This document shows, piece by piece, positions 1-9,400 of a stretch of DNA of 64,000 nucleotides; positions within the stretch are counted from its first letter, which is position 1; each line of letters starts with the position of its first letter. The translations under genes were made by a program, and so were the position numbers. The notes beneath the pieces were generated by a model. That model worked only from the letters and a program-made list of their open reading frames with translations. It was not told the DNA's origin and did not search any database. The stretch spans positions 1-64,000 of the forward strand of contig NIVC01000138.1 in NCBI GenBank assembly GCA_002269645.1, given 5' to 3'. The stretch is from Macrostomum lignano (taxonomy: Eukaryota).

Positions 1-710
1 GGAAAAACACACTTTGTTTATGACCTGTTATACAACCGATGGAATGCTAGACTATAATAATTTAATAAATTAACTAAAAAACCTAGAATAAAATATTATG
101 AATTTCTTAAACATGGATTAAAAAACAAATTAAAAAAAGATGTCTTGTTTAGAATGTTAAGAGCATATGAGCAATATGAGGATGATGACGAACCGCGATT
201 TAATCTAGCAGACATTGAGGATTTATGTAAAACAATGGCACAACAGCCAGAAAACATACCGATCGCCCGAAGGGTCGCGGACTTCGTCGATCGACCCAAC
301 TGTTAGAGTATCAACCGATTAGCCTATGATCAAATTCCAAAACATGATAAAACACTAATTATTTTTGATGATTGTATTAATGACGGTGATCAAGAATTGC
401 AAAAGGAAATTTTTGTTAGTGGTAGAGGAGATGGAATTGGAGCTTTTTATCTTAACTCAATCCTTTAGAATTAGAATCGATTATAAAAAAGAATGCTAGC
501 TGTTGTGTAATGTTTGATTTAGATAACTATGATCTACAAAATATTCACGCTAGATTTAATCCCGGATTGGATGCAAAACCATTTAAAAGTATGTGTAAAA
601 AAATTTGGGATGATAGCCAATACAAACATATTTATATCAATCCGAGGTTAGAAAGGAAAAATCGAATCTTAAAAGATCTTATAAAAGAAGACGATGAGGA
701 AGAAGAATGA
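1..710 (+). pseudogene. A32/FtsK-like DNA packaging ATPase (5'-truncated by window edge, several frameshifts)
   Basis: Manual translation: Walker A tail GKTHFVYDLL at base 1, MLDYNNL..KYYEFLKHG, Walker B KTLIIFDDC (about 349-375), FVSGRG...AFYL/TQSF, then IKKNASCCVMF...MCKKIWDD...YIN. This is the Maverick ATPase motif order. Confidence 0.85.
264..291 (+). repeat. Double-hairpin element copy 1 (inside ATPase)
   Basis: CGCCC-GAA-GGGTCG CGGAC-TTC-GTCG AT, flanked by direct repeat CGATCG (260-265, 288-293). Confidence 0.85.
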
Positions 711-711
711 T

Positions 712-740
712 CGCCATAGGGTCGCGTACCTTCGTACGAT
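712..740 (+). repeat. Double-hairpin element copy 2 (at ATPase stop codon)
   Basis: CGCC-ATA-GGGTCG CGTAC-CTTC-GTACG AT, preceded by GAT. Confidence 0.85.
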
Positions 741-835
741 TAATTTCCCACTATAAAAATGACTACAAATTTAATACTATAAAACAATTGGTAGATCGAA
801 CTAATTCAAAATTTAGTACAACATTACAGTTTATA

Positions 836-1541
836 ATGACAACCAGCGAGCAACGGATTCAATTGCGCGATCCATTACAACTTGATCAAAGCCTAAGTTA
901 TCAAATAGGTTTAATACTATTTTCGGTTTTCAACATGCCTCAATTAATTAATGCAACAAATAATCAATTTAGATATTCTAAAGATTCCGGAGCCAATTGG
1001 ACAACATTTAGCGTTAACCCAGGAGCGTATAGCTATACTGATTTGAATGCTTATATAGAAGGAGAATTAACAACTAATGGTGATTGGGTAGCAGGAGCAA
1101 TTGTTATAGGTGTTGATTTACCGTCTGGCAGATTCACACTATCACTAGGATCCGGATATCAGGTTGATTTCACAATTGCAAATTCACTCAGAACCATACT
1201 TGGATTTAATTCCCGAATAGTTACCACATCAAGCACCGGTGATACAGTTGGAAATATAGAGGGTGGAGTAATACAATTAATATAACAACCGACATTTCAA
1301 ACGGTGGTTATATAACAGACGATAACGGAGTTTTGGTTCAACGTGGAATTATTTATTCAATCCCATTTCTTGCTGTTCCAATTGGAGAGAAAATGATTGT
1401 ATCACCTCAAACCCAATATATTACCCATTAAATCAATATAATGTTCAATCAATTTATATTAGGATTGTAGATGAAAGCGATAGATTAATAAGTTTTGGTG
1501 GGCAGTCAATAACAATAATTTTACGTATAAAACAGGTTTAG
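836..1541 (+). CDS. Minor capsid protein (penton-like), frameshifted near 1280 and 1417; start uncertain
   Basis: LRDPLQLDQSLSYQIGL, FRYSKDSGANW...PGAYSYTDLNAYI, SLRTILGF. It continues in shifted frames as NITTDISNGG...IIYSIP...PIGEKMIVSP..IYYPL...IRIVDESDRLISFGGQSITIILRIKQV*, typical of Maverick pentons. Confidence 0.82.
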
Positions 1542-1551
1542 TACTGTAAAA

Positions 1552-1731
1552 ATGGGTAATAATAATAATAATTTAATAAAAAAACAATCAGAAAAAGTTA
1601 AAAAAGCTGAAGATAATTACGAACTAGAACTAGCAAAATTAAGGCAGTTACAAGCTGATAAAATAAGAAAGGAATTGTTAAAACCCACACCTACGAAACT
1701 AACTAAAACCAAGAGTTTTTCAGGAACATAA
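1552..1731 (+). CDS. Small basic/coiled-coil viral protein (59 aa, MGNNNNN...)
   Basis: AAAAATG start context shared with the other viral genes; fills the gap between penton and protease; no family recognised. Confidence 0.5.
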   Translation: MGNNNNNLIKKQSEKVKKAEDNYELELAKLRQLQADKIRKELLKPTPTKLTKTKSFSGT

Positions 1732-1732
1732 A

Positions 1733-2169
1733 ATGACCATGACGTGGGATGATTTTAAACAAAGATATGGAACGGACACAACAAGCAATATCGAATTAAC
1801 AAATTGGGCGAGGCAGTTAAAAATAAAACCATTCAGATGTGTTATGCGAGATGAGATAAAAGACTTACCAAATATGGATCTTTCATTGTTAATATTGAAA
1901 CAACAAAAGAAAATGGTGTTCATTGGTCAGCAGTTTATTCAAAACCAAAACTTGTTTATTTTTTTGATTCATACGCGCTTCCTCCGTTACAGGAAATAAA
2001 AGATAAATTTAATCATACTAAAAATCGTTTATGTGGAGATCATCACGAACAATTTCAAACCTTTGATAAAAGTTATTGCGGGCAAGCGGCGTTGTATTTT
2101 TTATATAAAATTAATAACTCGAAGGAAACCCCCGAAGTATTTAAGAATATTTTAGACTCTATAAAATAG
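1733..2169 (+). CDS. Adenain-like (C5) cysteine maturation protease, one frameshift near 1870
   Basis: TSNIEL..WA...MRDE, then in the shifted frame FIVNIE...GVHWSAV...YFFDSYALPP...QFQTFDKSYCGQAALYFL. Catalytic His, Asp, oxyanion Gln and Cys are all present. Confidence 0.9.
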
Positions 2170-2179
2170 ACAGTAAAAA

Positions 2180-4225
2180 ATGTTATTTTCTGGAACACCC
2201 TCATGGAACGGAACAACAAGTAGTGGTGGTGGTGGCACATCTGGTGGAATAAGTGTTACATTTGGAGATAATCGATATATTAATGAAGATGAAGGTTATA
2301 AAAAAAGTGAAGTTGATACTAAACTAAATTTAAAAAGAAATGTTGCAGATTCCTATACAAAACTCAAATAGATGATTCACTAAATCTGAAACGGAACGTA
2401 GCCGATTCCTATACCAAAACCGAAGTTGATAATTCATTAAATTTAAAACGCAATACAGCCGATTCTTATACCAAAACAGAGTTGATAATTCATTAAATTT
2501 AAAACGGAACGTGCCGATTCTTATACCAAAACCGAAGTTGATAATTCATTAAATTTGAAACGGAACGTAGCCGATTCTTATACCAAAACCGAAGTTGATA
2601 ATGGATTAAATTTAAAAAGAGATGTAACTGATTCTTATTCTCGAACTGATTCTGATTCACGTTATGTTCAAACCACCGCAACCGGAAACCTAGATATGAG
2701 CAACAACCGAATTATAAATGTTTCAATTACAACTAGTGATTCAGTGGTTGATAAGAACTATGTCGATAATCAAGTTGCCACTCGTAGTGGTAATATTAAT
2801 ATGAATAATTTTAAATTAACAAATTTATTATTTGGAACAGAGAACGCAGACTCGATAACTCTAGGCCAAGTAAACGAGCGAGCTAATGCAACCGACGCCG
2901 ATATTTTTACCACGCCGCTTACATCAAATACTTCAAATCCTGATGTTGTTCTTACAGCATCTGAAAATGGCAACACAGCTTTTCGAGTTGGAGATGGAAG
3001 CCTTGCGACACAATGGTCACCAAATACCGGAACCACAACCAATATGGAAATTCAATTTGAATTTTTAGGTTATAATAGAAGAATATTTGAATTAAGAATT
3101 ACAGGCAGTGAAACAATTGAGATACCCTCGGGGTGGTCGGTTCGCGCAAAAAATGTTGCTACCGATTCATGGACGACATTAACTACGTCGGGATCACCAG
3201 TTCAAGCAACATCATTTGCTCTATCTAATTTAACGACTAATTTTTGGAAATATTATAGCGTATTCTTCCCAACTGGTGGTACCGGTACACAACCTATCGA
3301 GGTTCGTCAAATACAATTATTTGAACACCGTGTTGAAATTCAAGATCTTAATTGGCCAACTCAAATACTTTCTGCAGTTCCGCGAGCGTACGTAGATCAG
3401 CTAGCTACTCCAACATCAAATGGTAGAATGTCTGGAAGCGATAAAAATAAATTGGATGGAATACCTGCTATTGATGCGGCCTTGTTCGAACCAGTAATTT
3501 GCAATTGGTCTGGATATCAAAATCCAACAACAGCCGGAGATATATATCCAGTCGGTTCTTTAATTAGCGATGCTTCTTATATCGATTATCAAAACGGCGC
3601 TAGAATTACTCGTGAAACTTCTGGAGTAAGTGGTGCTTTACAATTCAATTTCACACATTTTCAAAATATATCTGCGTCTTTCTTTTTCCGAGTTGCTAAT
3701 TCTACAGGAGATGGTGCAGATGCGGTTTGGTTTTATGCATATCGTCACGAACGTCCAACATCGGAATTTGGAACTGGATTATCAACCGACGCCGGGCTGA
3801 TAGTGTTTGCTAGTGAGTGGACTGATAGGTTTGGAGTTGTTTGGAGTAATAAAAAATCAGACGGATCTACGGTTCGTAACGATGTTAGTAGTGATGCGGA
3901 TCAAACTGTAGCCTATGCTAATATTGATAACGGTGATTGGCATTTATTTGAAGTTAATATTTTAAATCAAAGGGTTTGGTACCGATTACAGTCATACAAT
4001 GTTGCTGGTGATTCTTTTACCCTCATTGGACAGAACGTTTTCACATATGATAGTGGAACTTGGGGAACTTTAGATAAATCTGGAACCCTTATGGGTTTTG
4101 GTGCTCGAACTGGTGGAGCGGATGCTGCACATTTTATTCGTGGTGCAGTTGTATGTGGTAGTACGTCGTTTGGTTATGTTTTTCCCTCTACTGCTTATTT
4201 GGAAAAACCTCCTACTCAAATATAA
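2180..4225 (+). CDS. Fibre/receptor-binding-like protein: 17-aa shaft repeats, beta-sandwich, C-terminal lectin-like domain; frameshifts in the repeat region
   Basis: ORFs 2180-2371 and 2555-4225 are joined through LNLKRNVADSYTKTEVD repeats. Also LDMSNNRIINV..VDKNYVD and ATPTSNGRMSGSDKNKLDGI tail-fibre-type motifs, and C-terminal GDGADAVWF...DNGDWH...GFGARTGG..AAHFI. Confidence 0.7.
2311..2640 (+). repeat. 51-bp coding tandem repeat (about 6 copies)
   Basis: Unit approximately GTTGATAATTCATTAAATTTAAAACGGAACGTAGCCGATTCTTATACCAAAACCGAA. Confidence 0.9.
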
Positions 4226-4256
4226 AATATTTATATATAAAATATTTCTATATAAA

Positions 4257-4556
4257 ATGGCTTTTAGTAGAACTCCATCGATGCGGCAAAATAATGTTAT
4301 TATTCCTATTCCTAAACAAGAATCAAATATAAAAACATTCAAATCTCATACCAAATTTTTATTTAGTACTGTAAATGTTCAGGATAATAAGAAGCTTCAA
4401 GAATTAATTAAGTTATTAAAAAATCATATTATACTTCAAGAGTTTTGGAAAATAGGATTTAAATGGGAGAAAAAAGAAAGAATAACTCCAATACAATACC
4501 TATTGAGCTCGGGACAAATCCCAAAGAGCGTGGGGAATTCATTTTGGTGCTATTAA
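4257..4556 (+). CDS. Hypothetical viral protein
   Basis: TATAAAATG start; open frame MAFSRTPS...FWCY*. Confidence 0.5.
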   Translation: MAFSRTPSMRQNNVIIPIPKQESNIKTFKSHTKFLFSTVNVQDNKKLQELIKLLKNHIILQEFWKIGFKWEKKERITPIQYLLSSGQIPKSVGNSFWCY

Positions 4557-4568
4557 AAATAGACGAGA

Positions 4569-5276
4569 ATGTCGGTATCTGAAGCAGATAAATGGGAACG
4601 CGACCGGTTCAACCAACGTAAAGGTCAGATGTTAAGTAATGTTGATCGATAAATATGATTATGATTTATATGCTAAAAAAGTAAGAAGAGTTTCAAACCA
4701 TATAAGAAATATGGATTTTTCAATATTGGATTTGGAAGCTTATCAATGTTATGTGTAATCGTTTTAGGTATTTTACAATCTATTCCAACTCTTAATTTAT
4801 CTCAATTATTTTTAGGTATTTCAATTGGGTCAATATCAGGTTTTGAATTGATCAGGAACTTATCAATACTTTTAGCAATTAAATTATATCTTAAAAAAAG
4901 AAAGGAAAAATATAAATCATTAAGAGATGTTGCCAAGCAATATAAAAATCAATTATATTTATATGTGCAAAAAATATTGGATGACGGAGAGATAACGATT
5001 CATGAATTATCAACCGCGGTTGAATTATATGAAAAATATTTAAAAGATAGAAATAGAATTTTAGATGTTGAAACTTTTACCGATATGGAATTAAAAGAGT
5101 TGGACAAACCCAAAGCTCCACCGATAGAAACATTAGGTATTTACGAACCTGAAACTATTGCTACTGGGGCACAAAGCCCGCGGTCAGGAAGTGCTGTAGA
5201 ACTTAGTTTGTTGTTTAGTTTTTTTAATGCATATGTTATATATTCTTCCCAAAGTGGTAACTCTCTTCTGATCTAG
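4569..5276 (+). CDS. Maverick-type membrane-associated protein (hydrophobic hairpin plus ILDDGEIT.HE motif), 5' part frameshifted
   Basis: Hydrophobic/Gly-rich segment, then KYKSL...VQKILDDGEITIHEL...ELYEKY, resembling a conserved Maverick accessory ORF (recalled similarity, not searched). Confidence 0.55.
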
Positions 5277-5682
5277 GTTTAAATTTTTTATCAATACATA
5301 AAAATTCCAATGACTTTTTCAATAACATTTCGTTAGGTATGTTACCTATCCTTATAAACTTTGTATTCTCTCGAATAAGAAAATTGAAATAATATCCAAC
5401 TAAAATTAAAATCCTTTCAGAGTCTTTCGAACTTAATCCCTTTCCTTTATTTAAATGGAAAAAGTTATTATATAAATAAACATTATTTCCGGGAATTAAA
5501 ATTGGATCAGAAATGTCTCTTGTAAGATTTCTTAAAATTGTGTTTTTAAAATAGTAATATGAGTTTTCAATCTTTTTTGTTTTTTCAAATTGATATATTT
5601 TAGAACATGAATAACACATATGATATATATCTCCGTTTGCTGTTTGCCCTCTGTGCATAGTCACATTACATTTATTACACAT
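5236..5682 (-). CDS. Hypothetical protein with N-terminal CxxC...CxxC zinc-ribbon-like motif
   Basis: MCNKC...CYSC in the ORF track. Confidence 0.5.
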   Translation of the reverse strand: MCNKCNVTMHRGQTANGDIYHMCYSCSKIYQFEKTKKIENSYYYFKNTILRNLTRDISDPILIPGNNVYLYNNFFHLNKGKGLSSKDSERILILVGYYFNFLIRENTKFIRIGNIPNEMLLKKSLEFLCIDKKFKPRSEESYHFGKNI

Positions 5683-5720
5683 AAATGTCTTTCATTTTTT
5701 TTTATTTTTTTAGATTAAAA

Positions 5721-6053
5721 ATGGAGAGCTGGTTCAAAACCGATTCTAATGTGATTAATTATCTCACACCCAATATGTTGGAGAATAAAGAATATAATAT
5801 TATATGTTTGAGACAGGTTAAATTTATTGGGCTTCAATCAATATTTTTACAATTAGATGGGCAAAAAATTTTATGTCTAAGCGGAGATGATGTTAAAAAT
5901 TTTCCTGTTTTAGTTATTAATAAACCTAAAGCGTTTGTTATGAAATACTGCAACGAGGGTGGATTGCAATTTAAACTAAAACAAACAAATAATAAAAAGA
6001 GTGATAGGACTGTAAAATTGGCGGCTGTTTGGGAGGATGACGACGAAGACTAA
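5721..6053 (+). CDS. Hypothetical viral protein with acidic C-terminus
   Basis: AAAAATG start, ends WEDDDED*. Confidence 0.5.
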   Translation: MESWFKTDSNVINYLTPNMLENKEYNIICLRQVKFIGLQSIFLQLDGQKILCLSGDDVKNFPVLVINKPKAFVMKYCNEGGLQFKLKQTNNKKSDRTVKLAAVWEDDDED

Positions 6054-6068
6054 ATTTTTTATAAGAAA

Positions 6069-6239
6069 ATGGATACGATAAAAATCCTTATCACTAAAGA
6101 GCGTGAACTTAATGATATTAATAAAAAAATAAATATAATTATATCTCAGAAATATCATGAGTATGGGGACGATATGTTTCCCATCCGATATGAAATGATA
6201 AAAGAAAACGTTTTATTAAATCTGCAATTGTTATGCTGA
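6069..6239 (+). CDS. Small hypothetical viral protein (56 aa)
   Basis: AAAATG start and open frame MDTIKIL...LQLLC*; no homology recognised. Confidence 0.3.
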   Translation: MDTIKILITKERELNDINKKINIIISQKYHEYGDDMFPIRYEMIKENVLLNLQLLC

Positions 6240-6411
6240 AATAGTAATTGAAATTGAAATAGATAGATTGGTTAGAAAAATAAAAAAACTTAGGAAAAAA
6301 ATAAAGGATTGTTTAAGTTACCCTGACGACTGCGAGGAAAATTGGCCTTCAATATTATATGAAATCGAAATGGATATTATGCTTAAACAATTACATGCTT
6401 TAGTTTTTTTC

Positions 6412-6440
6412 CGCCCGAAGGGTCGCGGATTTTATCCGAT
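6412..6440 (+). repeat. Double-hairpin element copy 3 (pPolB 3' end)
   Basis: CGCCC-GAA-GGGTCG CGGAT-TTT-ATCCG AT; first 18 nt identical to copy 1. Confidence 0.85.
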
Positions 6441-9400
6441 AAGTAATTTTTCTGTTAATCTCTTCCAGTTATTCAAGACTTTTTCCTTATTTAATTTTTT
6501 AAGTTCTTTTGGAAATGTTGAATAATAATTATCTATATCTTTTTCATATTCTAGAAATGTATTATATTCACAATCACATTCGGATTCACAATCACAATCG
6601 TAATAATAATTATTTATTGCCGCTTTGTATTCATTATATTTACTTATTATATCTTCTTTTTGTTTTTTATCTTTTATCATATTTTTTATCTCTTCTTTTA
6701 AACCATATGGATATGTTTTAATTTTATCATCTAAATATCTTTTATCATCAAATGGACTTAATGTTTTTTTATCTGTCTCGATGACAAACATCTGATGCTT
6801 ATCTGAATTTAATCGATATTGTGGAGCATGATAATTTTCAATTGTATTAAGGTAATCTAAAAGTACGTTTTTATAATCATCAAATGTTATCTTTTTTACT
6901 GCTGCTCTTGATACCCCTTTTATTTTTTTTACCTCTCCCTCCTGTCCTAAAACCTTAAATGCATAGCATTTTGATCTTATTGCTATAAACTCGGTTATGA
7001 TTTTGCTATTTAATTCATCTTTCATTTTAAGTACAACTTTTTTATTTTGATCTGATTTTAAAGGATGGTTATCCGGATAGTCGGAGGTATCCAATGTATC
7101 CTTAATTTTTTCCATATCTTTATAGACATCGAACCTTTGGTTCGGGCTTTGCCCGATCATCTGTTTCAACCTTAAATACCAAACTGTCGGTGTCTGCATA
7201 TATTGGATAGTTATCTGGCCATGTTTTATTTATAACATCATAATAGTATTCATACATTACCAGCTTTGCATAATCTAAAACAACCATTCCAATAAATATT
7301 GGTTTAAGAAATTTTGTTGTTTTATTTCTCATATGAATACCCATAAAGTTATCATCAAATTTTATAAAGTCTTTAAAGTTAGGTTTTGAGAAATATTTCT
7401 TTGCTTTATCAATATCCTTTTCTAAATGGAATTGGGTTCTATCTCTAATATTTTCAACCGTTTTTCCATAAAAAGCATTATTCATTAATTTCCAATAATC
7501 TTTCTCAAAATTTGTTTTTGACATCTGTCTCTGATTTGAATTAAAGTCAATATATTTAGCTAACCAATCTTCCTCAATAAACGATATTGTTCGATGTACT
7601 TTAGACACTTTTAATCCCTGCTTTTCATAAAATTGTAGAAGCTTATAATGCACTACATAGTTTTTCTTATCATGTAAATTTAATATTAATTTTTTTGTTG
7701 CTAGATGTTTTGCATTATCTGCTTTAAGATAATCTTTTTGTGTTTGTGATAAATCATCTTCATTAACTGAACAATGCTCTGGAGCTAAAGGATATTTATA
7801 TGTTTTTGCTTTTGCTTCCCGAGTATATTGCAAATCCACTTCTACGATACAGCCCCTTCCTTCGGGAATATTTTTGTAATAATCGGGGTCATCTTCCCAT
7901 TGGAAATCAGCTATTGGTAATTTTTGTTTCATACAACCACCGTATAAATTGTTTGCATCTAGATATAATACATATGATGATTTTTCTTTTTTATTATAAT
8001 TTGGAAGATACTTATTATTTACTTTAGTATATCTATCTCCTAGTACACCCGAGAATCCGCCGCGAATTCCTCTCTCAATCATTAACAACATATCATGATC
8101 AGTTAGTAAATCAATCTTAACATCTGTATGTTTCAAACCACAAGCCCATGTTAATCCCGGTGCACTGAAACAATATGCGGGATCAATTTTAAAATTCTCA
8201 TATGTATGATTCCTAAAGTTTTCAAATGCATCAGCTAATAGGAGAACATCTGCTTTAAGATATAGATTATGATAATCTTTAAATGTTTTACAATTAAAGT
8301 ATTTCCATACTTTTTGAGCGTGTTCATAATCCGATTCACTTATGTTTGTTTGTGATAATGTTGAATAAAACTTTTCAATTGGGGGTAATTCGGTATGAAA
8401 AATACGTCTTCAGATGTTACATATTCATATGGGTAGATGCCCTTACGAGTTAATAGCATTAGTTCTTCCTCGGATAGTTTTTCTTTTTTGAAACGATTCA
8501 ATAGATTGGAAAGTTTTTCTTTACTATTTCTAAATCCCATGGTTTTGGAACTAATGATGAAACAACATTTGCTAAAGATGTTGATAAGAATCTCAAGGAA
8601 TCTAGAAAAACTAGATGGGAGTATTTCTTACCATATGTTATTGATATGTAATTTTCTGATGTTTTAGGTAATATATTTATTTCATATTCATCCTTTCCTA
8701 AATGAAGCAATTCTCGAACTAAGAAATGAAAATCATATCCGGAACCATTATGAAAAAATACTGGTATTTCCTTACATCCTTTTCCTTCTTTTGCATTACA
8801 TGATCTACATGCTGCCCCTCGATAATTTCCTGTTAGATGACAATGTTCTCGTATCTTATTATTCTTACTTAAATGTCTTTTGCACATAAAACAATTTGTT
8901 GCATTTTTATAATTGTCTCTATCCTTATTTGTCATATTAATATTTTTTGATAATTTATCATATTGATTTTGAATATATTCAAATACATTTACTAATGATT
9001 CTGCCATGTGCTTAGCTGCATCATTACCGTGGTAAGTAATCATCCTTGATTTAAATATATGATCAGCTACAGAGTGTACATATATACAATAACTATTCGG
9101 AAACTGTTGTGCCAATTTTTTTGTGCATTCGTCCCGTAGGGTCGCATGCTTTGCATGATCCCATCATCAGATACCGTCTGTGATTCTTTTAAGGGAACAT
9201 TTGTTGCTTCAAAATCAGCATATATTACTATTGGTTTTTTAACTGCCATATAATGTTGTTGGAACTTTAGGGTTGCATCTTCAGATGCTGGCATTATAGC
9301 ATTAGTAAATTTGTGATCTAAACAAAATCGTTGGTGGTTTTTAAGAGCTGTTTCATCCTTTTTAAATGTAAAACAATTTCTACATAGTGGATATCTATTT

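Noticed and set aside
707-835. ORF-track start of the penton at 707
   Set aside because: The ATG overlaps the ATPase stop and the first codons are hairpin copy 2; recognisable penton sequence begins later.
4510-5186. Weak hairpins GGGA-CAAA-TCCC (~4511) and GGGC-ACAAA-GCCC (~5167) as extra family members
   Set aside because: Single short stems lacking the second arm and the CG...AT frame; could be chance.
7130-7157. CGGGCTTTGCCCG matches the core of an AAV ITR arm; adapter or vector contamination considered
   Set aside because: The match is only 13 nt, the other four copies have different stems, and no other vector or adapter sequence is present; convergence of short TTT-loop hairpins is sufficient.
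7125-7160. Hairpin inserts as spliceosomal micro-introns
   Set aside because: No GT(GC)-AG borders in any register, and orientation follows the DNA strand rather than the transcript.
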